DNA from: Basidiobolus meristosporus CBS 931.73
Taxonomy: Eukaryota; Fungi; Basidiobolomycota
DNA length: 64,000 nt
Direction of reading: 5' to 3'
NCBI GenBank assembly: GCA_002104905.1
Contig: MCFE01000151.1
Location: 1 to 64,000 of the forward strand
The position numbers were made by a program, and so were the translations under genes. The notes below the pieces were generated by a model. It worked only from the letters and a program-made list of their open reading frames with translations, ran no database searches and had not been told where the DNA came from. This document shows positions 52,919-64,000 of the stretch, piece by piece (the first letter of the stretch is position 1; each line of letters begins with the position of its first letter).

Positions 52919-55900
52919 GCAGTACTTTATAGCTTTGCAATATTTGTTGGACTGCATCAGCTTCCTCATATGGGGTATTACCAGAATATATCCGCAGTGT
53001 GAACAATGTTTTCCCCCAATGGTGGTGAATTCCTGACAATTTGGACACATTGCAACAGTTGCATTTTTGGATGTTAATGCCATGCAACTGGTAACACATG
53101 CTAGAATCAGAACAGTCTCTGGATCATATGTTGGCAACTGCATGACAGTTGTCTACTTGTACCATGTACATGGTAAGTTGCATCCCAGTATGACTTTGGC
53201 AAGAAGTAGTAATAAATCCTTAAAGCCCCTATTACTGATATTAGTGAAAATGCGCCACTTCTCTAGCCACAACATTACATCATTCACCAGTAGATGGATT
53301 ACTGGGCTCACTTGGCTCCATAAAGTATCCTTAGCATTTGTTTCAACAGGTGTTATCTCATTGCATATAGGGATTTGACCAGGCTCACACATAGTACTGT
53401 TGTTAGGGGAGGTAGGCTCAAAAGTCATCAGTGAACCTTCTTTGTCAGAGCTATCACTCTGTGTGCTATATTCAAAAGGCTGAGGTGAGCCTAAAGGTGT
53501 CACAAACTCACCTGACTCAGTTTGTGCTAGGTGACAAAGACAGCCAGGTGCTGATATAAAAGTATCAACTGGCTGGCAAGATAATGTTGGTACAGCAGTG
53601 ACTAATGAATGGTCAAATATGACTTGGGTGGCAAAACACTGGCCATGATCCTTGTAATACTTCCTATGCTGTCTGCATGCTTCATGGCTAACAGGCTTGC
53701 CACATTAGCCACATGGTATTTTTTCTCTTCTCTTACAGTGTTGAGTCAAAGTAGTCTTGTCCATGGGGCAAACAGTTTGTCCTTCAACAACATAACACTA
53801 TTATATCACTCTTTGGTCAATACTCATGCGAACTTAAGACAGTCTTATATTTGAGACATTGCACCAAAATGAATGTAAGATTCAATGATGACCTGCCATA
53901 GTAAGCATTAAAAATAAAGTTGTGGCTCCACATATACACATATACATAACACTATTTCCCCTTTGGTTTGACTCACTTCCATATATATGCCACCAAAAAA
54001 TAAAGCAAAGTTGTTGGGTTCTCAACCAGACCTCACCACTGATGGCAACAGAAGAACACTTGGGCAATAGCTTGCTTTGACATTCAGTGCAACAAGTGGG
54101 GTTACATACAAAAAAGACCCTGTGGACAGTGTGGCCACTGAAGGTAATAATGCAGACTCCTCAGGCTCTCAGTCAAGTAGGCAATTGAGAGCCTCTGCAG
54201 AGCCACAAGCTGACCATTATACTCAGGCAGATGAGAATGTAGAAAATGCAGTACTCTTAGTTGCAGATCTGCAAGTGGCCATGATAACATTACCACCACC
54301 CATATTAGCAAGTATGCTCTCAGCTCATACCAAAGCATTAATGAAGCAATTAGGTACAGTGGCTGATGGGATAGATGCAATTGCCCAGAGAAATCTGGAA
54401 GTAGTCCAGAAACTGGATGAGCAGATAATTTGTGCAGAGCTATCAATATCTCAGGTAGAGAAAGAAGTGTCTTTGCTGCAAAGAAGGAGCTCCAGTAGCT
54501 CAATGTTGCAGCCAAGAATTAAGCCATTTGCCAATATAACAGCAGAGGAACACCATACATTCTTTGAAGCACTACAACAGTACCCAAAGATAAAGCCCAC
54601 AGAAAAACCAACTACAGCATGGGAGGGAGACCATGTGATGTTTATACCATAGCCTAAAAATCAAAAGACATTGAAGATCTGTGAAGCTGTTGAGTGCAAT
54701 AATGAAGAGTGGGCCAATATACAAGAGGCTGTCAGAAGTCTAGCACACCATCACCTTAAGGCCTGCATAACATGGGACCATCAGGAAATCAAGGCCATGC
54801 AGAATGCACTTGACTTGTTCTATGAGCATTATCCTGGACTTGAACAGGCAAACAGATTTTGGACCAGCATTGGTATGCTAAGAAAGTATCTTAAGAATAG
54901 CAGAAACTATCAAAGGCAGAAGAACAAGGTTCCATGGCTAAAAACCAGCAGCTTCCTCAAGAGCCTGTTACAAGCATGGCCAAAAGCTCCAGACAAGTAT
55001 CAAAGAGACGTCAGGCATCTGGAAGAGTGCCAATTGGGGACAAGCAGGCCAACACAGATGTAACAGCACAACATTTACCAAGGAAAAAGCATAGTACCAC
55101 TCACAAAGCACCCAGTCAAAGTAGCAGTGAAGGACCTGGCAGTGATAAAAACCAGCCGCTTTTACAGGAGCCCATCACAACTATGGTTGAGAGCTCAAAA
55201 CAAGCGGAAAAGAAACATCAGGTTGCCAGAAGAGTGCCAGCAAGGGACAAGCAGGCCAAAACAGATGTGCCAGAGCAGAATTTACTCAGGAGAAAACATA
55301 GTTCTTTACAAGAAGCACTCAGACAAAGTAGCAGTGAAAGACCTGGCAGTGATAAAGGAAAAGGTAAAGGGAAAAATGTCTACCCAAGCCTGAGACAGGG
55401 AGGCATGCAAAAAAACTGCAGTTCTTGCCAATTAACACTACAAACCAGGAATTGACTGAATCCTATCATAGCCCAAGAAGAATTATCAACAAGAAAACAG
55501 CTGTTTTCACAAGAATTGGAAGTGCAGCCAGTTCAGCTACACTCCAGCAAGATAGATGAGTTTGCTGAAAAGAGCAATTTTTCTACCACAGCTTCCATTG
55601 TTGACAGAGGGAGATCCCACTGACAGACAAGGATACAACCTCAAGAGCTTGAAGGACTATCACAATGCCTTTAGTGGAGTTTTGGAACATTAAAGACTGG
55701 CAGATGAGGAGCTAGACCTTAGAGTGCCAGCTGAAGACCAGGACGTGTGGGAACCAGTGAATAAGCAGTGGTATAATGCTGTTAGGTTCCCACCAAAGTT
55801 GTGTAACCAGAATGTTGCAGCAAAAATACTTATTGAGTGGTGGATTTTAATGGTGTTACTTGTTGAGTGTGAGGTTGGGCTTAATGTTACTGTAGGGTAT

Positions 55901-56361
55901 AGAGACTTGTATAGGCCAATACAATTGGCAATGGAGGTACAACTGAAGTTCTAATGGAAATAAATCAACTTGTACGCATGAAAAGTGGGAGAAATGGTTG
56001 GGTCAGGATGTTAGGAGGGTGAAAATGAGGCAATAGCCAATCAATTCACACAAATGTAGGAGGCAGTAGAGTGTCTGGGATCAGAAAGTGGGCAAATTAG
56101 TAGGGAACCAATCAAAAGCCACTTATATATTGTTGTGATGAGAAATTTTGACCAAGTTTTATGTGAAATCTGGGGTGCAATTATTTTTCAATGGTCTCTG
56201 GCTGGTGTCCAAACAAGATCAGTGCCTCTTAGCCATGGGACTTCACCCTTGTGATGGCCTTTTGACAAAATCATCACAATAATTTCTCATAAGGTGACAG
56301 AATCATCTTAATAATTTCTCATAAGGTGGCTTCCAGTCATGATAGAATATGAGTTAACTTA

Positions 56362-57904
56362 TACAGATTCTGATCTCTGATACTCAAAGCAATATGAGCA
56401 CCATCTTAATCAGTGATCCTGCTTCCAGAATTGTCAAAGTTGAAGCTGAGTCCTTCTGCTGTGACCTTGCTAACGGATAGTAGGTTCTTGGCTATTTCTG
56501 GTAGAGAGTGTACTTCTTTAAAGGTCAATGTATGGCTTCCTTCACTGCTTCTAAGGTATATTTGGATAGCTCCTTCTGCCACCGCATCAAGTCTTCTATT
56601 CTCACCTGTGAAAGCCTTCTTGATTGGAATTTCTTGATTTTGGGTAAAAAGCTCTTTTTGCGGTGTAGAGTGTTGAAATGCTCTAGAGTCAATATACCAC
56701 ATCTGGGAATCCATATTTGTGGTCATATCTAGTGCATGTAAAATAGTCTATCTTCAGTTGTTGCAGCATTTCCATATCTAGGCTTTTTCTGCTGACTATC
56801 TCTCTTTTTAAAGCACTGGCCTGATGTGTGTCCTTTCCAAATGCAGTAGTAAAAAAACTGGTTGATGTTGCCTTTGGAAGGTCTTGAGTATCTCCATTGT
56901 TGGTTATCATTGCTTATTAAAGCATTTTCCTCTTCCTTCTTATTGGCACTTGATTTTCTTCATTCTTCAACAAGGAGCCTTCAATAAACATAAAGTAGGG
57001 TCAAATCTTCAGCTCTGAGCTCTAAGGTTGATACAAGGCTCTGAAACTTGTTTGTCAGGCTATTCCAGATGGTTACTATCACATCCTCATCTGTAGTTGG
57101 TATGCCTACAGATTCCATCTCATCCACCAGCAGGGTAGTTCTGTTAATTAAGTTTCTCATATCTTCTCCTGGCAGCATCTTGATAGCGAAGAATTTTCAT
57201 TCAAGTAACATTTTCTTAGCAGCTAAACATGGCTGGTAGGTATCTTCTAATGCCTTCTAGGCATTCTTTGCCATTTTTGCTCTGGAGCTTCAAATTAGTA
57301 ATTTGCCTTAGCATTAAGGTATTTGCAGTTAGAGGCACTTTGTTCTTCCTTCTGGTACTTTGAAGCTTCCTCTCCCACATCTTCAGGAGGGCATTCTTGT
57401 CCCATGACAATATCTCAAAGGCCTCTTTCTTGTAGAAGCATCTTCATCTTCACCTTCCACACTTGGCGGTTATATCCATCCAACTTTTCAGCAGAAGGAA
57501 AAATTCCAATAATAGCAGTAGTAGACATTGCAGAGAGTGAAAGCTTGGGGCTCATAACCTGTTGTAAGAGTCTTGCAGATACTGGAAGTGATTGGAAGAA
57601 TAATTAGATTGTGTGGTTTTTACTTAATGATATATTGAATGTAAAAGTAATATTACCCTTTTACATGGTCTGGACAGAGTAAACACATAGAATAAGTTAA
57701 GAAAGATCCCAAGCGCATAGATGCAAAGTTTGGGGCTGTTTGGACAGTTATGAGAGCTTTATGATCTGGGTGTCTGATATTTTGGTGAAAATATTCTAAG
57801 TAAAATCTGACAAGGAAATTGATCATTATTCTATAGGAATCGAAGGTAATGATCTAAGCAACTAAGGTAAGTGAATATGTAGGTGGAATTACAAATTTTA
57901 CACA
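56362..57904 (-). mobile_element. Copia family A 5' LTR (57560-57904), PBS and decayed gag-protease
   Basis: Minus-strand PBS GGTTATGAGCCCC at 57559-57547; MSTTAIIGIFPSAEKLDGYN...; WYIDSRAFQH protease motif; stops and frameshifts. Confidence 0.87.
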
Positions 57905-58919
57905 CATCCTTAGACACATTGCTTCTTTTGTAGCTTCACAGGCTTCTGTATATTCTGCCTCTGTGGTGGAAAGTCCTATAGTTGGATGCTTTCTTGAATT
58001 CCATGAAATAGCTGCTTTACAGTAAAGAAAGGTGTATCCTGTGGTGGATCTTCTGTCTGCCAAATTTTGTTCCCAAACAGCATCAGAATTTCCCACAAGA
58101 TCCGGATCTGAATCCTTATAAGTGTATCTAAGCAGATATTAGCAGTTCCTTTTAGGTATCTAAAAAACTACTTAACTTCTGCATATGATCAGATCTATAG
58201 TTCTGATTCTTCTTGCAGACAACTCCCACTGAGCAGGAGGTATCCAGATGTGTTCTAGGCATGATTTGTAGCATACTACCATCCGTAGATTGATAGGAAA
58301 GTCAGGGCTTTTGGATGGCACTAAGCTGTCTTGATTTGGTTGAGCTTTAATCAGGTTAAGGTTTTCTCCATTGGGGTAGCTACCAGTTTACAGTCTTCCA
58401 TTTGCAACTACTTTAGTATATTGTAAATATACTTACTTTTGCAATATGATCAGATCCATAATTCTGATTATGTTGGCTGACAACTCCCACTGAATATGAG
58501 ATATCTGGATGTGTTCCAAGCATGATATACATCAGACTGCCAACCATAGATTGATAAGGAAAGTCAGGGCTTTCAGATGGCACCAAGCTCTCTTGATTTG
58601 GTTGCGTTTTGACCAAGTTAAGGTTTGTCTCCGTTGAGGTAGCTGCCGGTTTACAGTCTTCCATTTTGTACTTCTTTAGTATATCTTGAATATACTTGGA
58701 TTGGCTCAGGGTAATAGTCTGGGTACTTCTGTCTATGGAGAACTTAATCCCTAAGTAGTAACTAAGTTCTCCTAGATTGGACATCTTGAACTCCTTAGAT
58801 AGGCTGGATTTAGTCTCTTCTAATGTTTCTAGGTTATTGGCGGCTATAATAAGATCATCCACATATAGAGCTAATAGAACTGGATTTGCTCTATCTGGCT
58901 GATAGTATATACTATAGTC

Positions 58920-61900
58920 TGTTGAAATATTGAACTATTTGGTATCATTCAGCAGCAAAAAATTTACTTAACAATTCTAGGCTAGTCTTAGTCACTGTAG
59001 GACTCATTTACTGCCTTAACTTTGCCACTTTCTCCAGATATATGATCTTATGATCATTCCCCTATAGTCAGGATCAAATTAGCACTATTACCAAACATTA
59101 TGTACTAACCCTGAAACTGTTACAGAATGCTCCTGAATATTGAGAAACCCTGCCTACTTAGTGTTGCAGCTGTATTACTTCTACAAAGGTATAAATACTG
59201 AGCTTCTTTATGAATAAACAACAGTTCAACTATTATCACTATTTCTTGATAAGTTCCTTACATCCAAATCACTTCTTAAATTGCAACAGGTTATGAGCCC
59301 CAATTGCCTTAATCTATTCCAAAGATGACTTCTACCAGCAAACAAAGCAATACCAACATCTTCCCTGTAAAGGAGAGGTTTGATGGGAAGAACTACAGAC
59401 TTTGGAGAATCAAGATGCAGATCCACCTTGAGGAAAGAAAGCTTTGGAACATAGTAACAGGAAAGGAAGTTGAGCCCAAAGGAACAGCAGAAGATGTGGA
59501 GAAGTTTCAAGAGAAGGAGAGAAAGGCCTTCAATGTAATATGCATCAATGTGCAAGACTCCTTCATTGGACAAATCCATGCCTCAAATACTGCCAAAGCA
59601 GCATGGGAATCCTTAGAGAAGATCTTTAGAGCAAAGTCAGTATCAAGCAAGCTTTATTTGAAACGAAAGTTCTTCAACATGAGAAAAAAGCCAGATGATG
59701 ACATGCTACAACTCATTACCAGAATGGAGACACTTGCAGAAGAACTTTACAGTATTAATGCTGGTGTAGATGATGAAGAAAAGATACTCTGTCTGCTTTG
59801 CAGCCTACCAGACGAGTATGAGCCACTCATACTTTCTTTTGAAAGCAGAGAAGACAACTTGACTTTAGACTATGTCAAAGGAAGACTTCTCCATGAAGAA
59901 CTCAGACGTAATGATCAAGCAGAGAAAATTGAAGATAATGCTTTATTCAGTTCAGAAAGGCATACAGAAAAGAAGGGAAAGCAACAAAACCGAAGAAAAC
60001 CTGGCTGCTGTAACTACTGTAAGAAGCCAGGACATTGGGCAAGAGAATGCAAGAAGAAACAAGCAGACGAAAAACAGAAACTAGAGCAGGCAAAGCATAT
60101 AACTACTGATGAACAGTTATTTGTCACTGTACAAGAGAGTGCAAGTAACCAAAGTAATGAATGGTATATTGACTCTGGTGCATCACAGCATATTTGTGGT
60201 ATAAAGGATTGGTTCAGCAACTTAAAGACTATTCCCGTAAGAAAGGTTTATCTGGGAGATAACTCTGCATTGGAAGCTACCGCTAGTGGGTCTATACAAC
60301 TAAATATGAGTGATAACTCAGGGGCAACAACAGCAAAACTGACTGATGTACTCTATGTACCTGGAATAGCTAAGAACCTACTCTCAGTCAGTAAAGCAAC
60401 TACTCAGGGACTGAAATTTATTTTTACTAAGCTGAGCTGCTCAATATTGAGTGAAAATGGACAAAAATTAGCTTTGGGAATCAGAGATCACAATATATAC
60501 AAGTTACAATGCAAGATCATTGTACCTGAGTATGTCAACATTGCTGAAACTGATGAAACCAACTGGGAGACGTGGCATAGGAGGCTAGGACACATAGGGG
60601 AACAGAAAATGAGCCAATTGGTGAAAAATCAGCTTGTTTTGGGCCTAAAATACTCAATTCCAATCAAATTGAATGTTTGTAAGGGATGTTCATATGGCAA
60701 ACAAGCTAGGCAACGTTTCAAGAGCTCAGAAGGCATCAATACCACCGAAAAATTGGCTATTGTACACTCAGACATATGTGGCCCCATGAGAACACTGTCC
60801 TTTGGAGCCAAGAGATACTTTATGACGTTTATTGATGACAAGACAAGATATACATGGGTGTACTTCCTCAAAACAAAGGATGAAGCTTTAGAGACGTTTA
60901 AGCTCTTCAAGAACATGGCAGAAACACAAACTGGGTGTAAATTGAAGGTACTACGAAGTGACAATGGAGGAGAATACTGCTCAAAGGAGTTTGCAAAATA
61001 CTGCTTGTCTACTGGTATACTTCAACAGACCACAGTTCCTCATACTCCACAGCAAAATGGAGTAGCAGAACGTGCAAATAGAACAGTAGTAGAGATGGGA
61101 AGATCTATGCTACATGATAAGGGAATGGACTACAAGTTTTGGGCTGAATCTGTTGCTACCGCTGTATACATCAAGAACAGATGCCCAACAACAGCACTAC
61201 GTGATTCTACACCCTTTGAAGCATATACAGGCAAAAAACCAGATCTCCAGCACCTCAGGATCTTTGGCAGTGATGTTTTTTATCACATCCCTGACAAAAA
61301 ACGCTCAAAGTTGGAACCAAAGAGTAGAAAAGGGATCTTTCTTGGGTATTGTGAAGATACTAAAGGGTATAGAGTGTATGATGGCAAAATTCAGAAGCTG
61401 ATCAAGAGCAGGGACGTTGTATTTGAGGAGAATTCAGATCAGAAAGCCACAGAAAGCATTGGCCAGCTGCCTGATGATGCAATCAACACAAATGAAGAAG
61501 ATACATACCAAATCCAGCCAGAGATGGAAGATACTTCTACCAGTTCCAGATCAGAACAGATTATCCCAGTTAGGAGATCTACCAGAATAAGAAATGCCCC
61601 TGGATCCTGGTGGCAGACATCCAATGATCATGAAGAAGCTTATCTTGCCTTATGTGCTGAACCTCAGAATCTGGAACAGGCAATGCAAGGTCCAGATGCT
61701 ACTAAGTGGCAACAAGCCATGCAGGAGGAGTACCAATCACTGATCAAGGCAAAAACGTGGGAACTGGTAGATTTACCAAATGGGAGAAAGCCAATAGGAT
61801 GTAGATGGGTCTACAAGATCAAGATAACCTCAAATGGTGCCGTTGATAAGTACAAGGCTAGATTGGTAGCTAAAGGCTATTCCCAGATCCAGGGACTAGA

Positions 61901-63605
61901 CTTTGAGGAAATATTTGCTCTGGTTGCCAAGTTTAACTCTATTAGGACAGTTCTAGCCCTGGCAGCTGTACACAGTCTAGATCTACACCAAATGGACGTC
62001 AAAACAGCCTTTCTAAATGGGGATTTGCAAGAAACTATATATATGGAGCAACCACAAGGTTTTACCGATCCAAAAAGCCCCCATAAGGTGTGCAAACTTA
62101 GAAAATCGTTGTATGGGCTTAAGCAGGCACCCAGAGCATGGTATAACAAGATTGACACATATCTAGAGGAAATTGGGTTCTCTCGTAGCACTGCAGATCA
62201 CAGTATATATGTGAAACAGCTCAAAAAGGGTGTGATCATCCTAGTTCTTTATGTGGACGACCTAATTATAGCTACAAGTGATCAAGAGGCACTTAAACAG
62301 ACGAAATCAGATCTCTTCAGCAAGTTTGAGATGAAAGATCTTGGAAAATTGAGCTATTTTCTTGGAATTGAGGTCAAATTTGACATACCTACGCAGAAAA
62401 TTGTGCTGAATCAGTCTAAGTACATCAGGGACATTCTTAGACGCTTCAAAATGGAAAATTGCAAGCCTGCAGCAACCCCTATGGACAATAACCTGAAATT
62501 AAGCAAATCTCAGCCAGTTATGGATGAAAACGGCTCAAATATGGACCAAAACTTTCCCTATCAATCAATGGTTGGTAGCCTAATGTACTTGATGGTGTCT
62601 ACACGTCCAGATATTGCAGTAGCAGTTGGAATAGTCAGTCAATTCATGCAGAATTATGGATCAGATCAAATTGCAGCAGTTAAGCGGATTTTCAGATATC
62701 TACAAGGTACCATAAATATGGTACTGGAATACTCTGGAGCAGCTAATAGGCGAAAATTTGATGGTTATAGTGATTCAGATTGGGGTAGAGATCTGATTGA
62801 CAGACACTCTACCACAGGCTATGTATTTCTTTATGCTGGTGCAGCTATTACTTGGAATTGCAAGAAACAACCAACTGTGGCACTATCTACAACTGAAGCC
62901 AAATATATGGCTGCATGTCAAGCAACTAAGGAGGCTATATGGCTACGAAAATTATTCAAAGACTTAGGTTTTAATTCAGGTGAACCAACATGTATTTACA
63001 AGGATAATCAAAGTTGTATTTCATTAGCTAGAAATCCTACTAATCATGCCAGAACTAAGCACATTGATATACAGCATCACTTTGTGAGGGAAGCTGTAGA
63101 AAATAACTTAGTAGAGCTGGTTTACTGCCCAACTGACAAAATGGTGGCAGACATATTGACAAAACCACTAGCTAGGCCACAGTTTGAGATCCTTAGAGAG
63201 AAATTGGGATTAAGAAATTATTTAGTTGAGGGGGAGTGTTGAAATATTGAACTATTTGGTATCATTCAGCAGCAAAAAATTTACTTAACAATTCTAGGCT
63301 AGTCTTAGTCACTGTAGGACTCATTTACTGCCTTAACTTTGCCACTTTCTCCAGATATATGATCTTATGATTATTCCCCTATAGTCAGGATCAAATTAGC
63401 ACTATTACCAAACATTATGTACTAACCCTGAAACTGTTACAGAATGCTCCTGAATATTGAGAAACCCTCCCTACTTAGTGTTGCAGCTGTATTACTTCTA
63501 CAAAGGTATAAATACTGAGCTTCTTTATGAATAAACAACAGTTCAACTATTATCACTATTTCTTGATAAGTTCCTTACATCCAAATCACTTCTTAAATTG
63601 CAACA
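58920..63605 (+). mobile_element. Intact young Ty1/Copia retrotransposon; 369-bp LTRs 58920-59288 and 63237-63605; TSD TAGTC
   Basis: TG...CA LTRs differing at 2 positions by eye; tagtc at 58915-58919 and 63606-63610; PBS ggttatgagcccc at 59289; PPT gagggggag at 63228-63236. Confidence 0.97.
59325..63242 (+). CDS. Copia Gag-Pol polyprotein (1305 aa), uninterrupted
   Basis: gag, CNYCKKPGHWAREC, protease WYIDSGASQH, WHRRLGH...CKGC, integrase VHSDICGP/LRSDNGGEY/NGVAERANR, RT YVDDL, RNase H ADILTKPL. Confidence 0.97.
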   Translation: MTSTSKQSNTNIFPVKERFDGKNYRLWRIKMQIHLEERKLWNIVTGKEVEPKGTAEDVEKFQEKERKAFNVICINVQDSFIGQIHASNTAKAAWESLEKIFRAKSVSSKLYLKRKFFNMRKKPDDDMLQLITRMETLAEELYSINAGVDDEEKILCLLCSLPDEYEPLILSFESREDNLTLDYVKGRLLHEELRRNDQAEKIEDNALFSSERHTEKKGKQQNRRKPGCCNYCKKPGHWARECKKKQADEKQKLEQAKHITTDEQLFVTVQESASNQSNEWYIDSGASQHICGIKDWFSNLKTIPVRKVYLGDNSALEATASGSIQLNMSDNSGATTAKLTDVLYVPGIAKNLLSVSKATTQGLKFIFTKLSCSILSENGQKLALGIRDHNIYKLQCKIIVPEYVNIAETDETNWETWHRRLGHIGEQKMSQLVKNQLVLGLKYSIPIKLNVCKGCSYGKQARQRFKSSEGINTTEKLAIVHSDICGPMRTLSFGAKRYFMTFIDDKTRYTWVYFLKTKDEALETFKLFKNMAETQTGCKLKVLRSDNGGEYCSKEFAKYCLSTGILQQTTVPHTPQQNGVAERANRTVVEMGRSMLHDKGMDYKFWAESVATAVYIKNRCPTTALRDSTPFEAYTGKKPDLQHLRIFGSDVFYHIPDKKRSKLEPKSRKGIFLGYCEDTKGYRVYDGKIQKLIKSRDVVFEENSDQKATESIGQLPDDAINTNEEDTYQIQPEMEDTSTSSRSEQIIPVRRSTRIRNAPGSWWQTSNDHEEAYLALCAEPQNLEQAMQGPDATKWQQAMQEEYQSLIKAKTWELVDLPNGRKPIGCRWVYKIKITSNGAVDKYKARLVAKGYSQIQGLDFEEIFALVAKFNSIRTVLALAAVHSLDLHQMDVKTAFLNGDLQETIYMEQPQGFTDPKSPHKVCKLRKSLYGLKQAPRAWYNKIDTYLEEIGFSRSTADHSIYVKQLKKGVIILVLYVDDLIIATSDQEALKQTKSDLFSKFEMKDLGKLSYFLGIEVKFDIPTQKIVLNQSKYIRDILRRFKMENCKPAATPMDNNLKLSKSQPVMDENGSNMDQNFPYQSMVGSLMYLMVSTRPDIAVAVGIVSQFMQNYGSDQIAAVKRIFRYLQGTINMVLEYSGAANRRKFDGYSDSDWGRDLIDRHSTTGYVFLYAGAAITWNCKKQPTVALSTTEAKYMAACQATKEAIWLRKLFKDLGFNSGEPTCIYKDNQSCISLARNPTNHARTKHIDIQHHFVREAVENNLVELVYCPTDKMVADILTKPLARPQFEILREKLGLRNYLVEGEC

Positions 63606-64000
63606 TAGTCAGCATTTCTCTTTTTGAAACTCAAAGATACCAAATAAGAATCTATCTTGCAATTCTAGGCTCTTGGTGATTGTTTGAGACCATATAGAGA
63701 TCTTTTAAGCTTGCAGACCAAATGGGGGTTATCTTGGTGAGCAAACCCATCAGGCTGGTACATTTCCATGTCCTCATCAGGTTCTCTGCTCAGAAATGCA
63801 GTATTTACATCCATTTGATGAATAAAGAACTTATACTTGGCTGCAATAGCCAATATGAATCTGATGGGATTAAACTTGGCTACCAGTTCCAAAGTCTCAA
63901 TATAGTCAAGTCCTTTTGTTTACAAGTATCCTTTGGCCACAAGTCTTGCTCTGCATCTTTCAATTGTACAACCTGCCTTGTATTTTGTCGGAAAGACCCA

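Larger units (their letters stand above)
48720..56360 (-). mobile_element. Decayed CACTA/EnSpm (CMC)-like DNA transposon; Tnp2/Transposase_21-type ORF on minus (about 53500-49000) and a divergent second ORF on plus (about 54077-55455)
   Basis: IFDGKHY, ALAHDGF, SCWPLILINLNLP, SGPKSPSNLDSYL, GDTPAISK, FPLGAMHLLF, VHSLLHL...FWGLPME..CG. Interrupted by two family B LTRs. Boundaries are inferred from flanking Copia sequence; no TIRs identified. Confidence 0.75.
57905..64000 (-). mobile_element. Older Copia family A RT/RNase H (57905-58919 and 63606-64000), split by the intact Copia
   Basis: MDDLIIAANN..., RRSTTGYTFL..AISWNSRK, LYGLKQSPRA. The empty-site sequence gctgactatagtatat is reconstituted around the TAGTC TSD. 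Confidence 0.87.

Noticed and set aside
56275-56330. Direct repeat aataatttctcataaggtg x2 as a candidate transposon terminus
   Set aside because: No matching inverted copy or CACTA-type TIR found at the left boundary; could be subterminal repeats but unsupported.

Overview
Eukaryotic (fungal) genomic DNA; the short GT-AG introns (about 50-75 nt) and protein sequences suggest an early-diverging fungus (inference). The window has two halves. From 1 to about 32 kb it is gene-dense and CpG-rich: a partial chitin synthase-like gene, fused tryptophan synthase TRP5, RSA4/NLE1, a PP2C phosphatase, RPS13, MIA40, the PIP5-kinase MSS4, ATP20, TIF35 (eIF3g), a degenerate MoaE-like gene, a MET30/SconB F-box WD40 gene, several orphan ORFs and an RPL28 pseudogene. 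From about 33.3 to 64 kb it is a CpG-depleted nest of transposons: several decayed Copia elements, a chromodomain Gypsy element (35006-47728, TSD CCTGG) with a predicted self-priming PBS, a back-to-back inverted Copia structure inside it (36689-43793, TSD ATTAC), three solo LTRs of a family with 4-bp CpG-centred target duplications, a CACTA/EnSpm-like DNA transposon, and one young intact Copia element (58920-63605, TSD TAGTC). All alignments, splice sites and mismatch counts were done by eye; no database searches were run.
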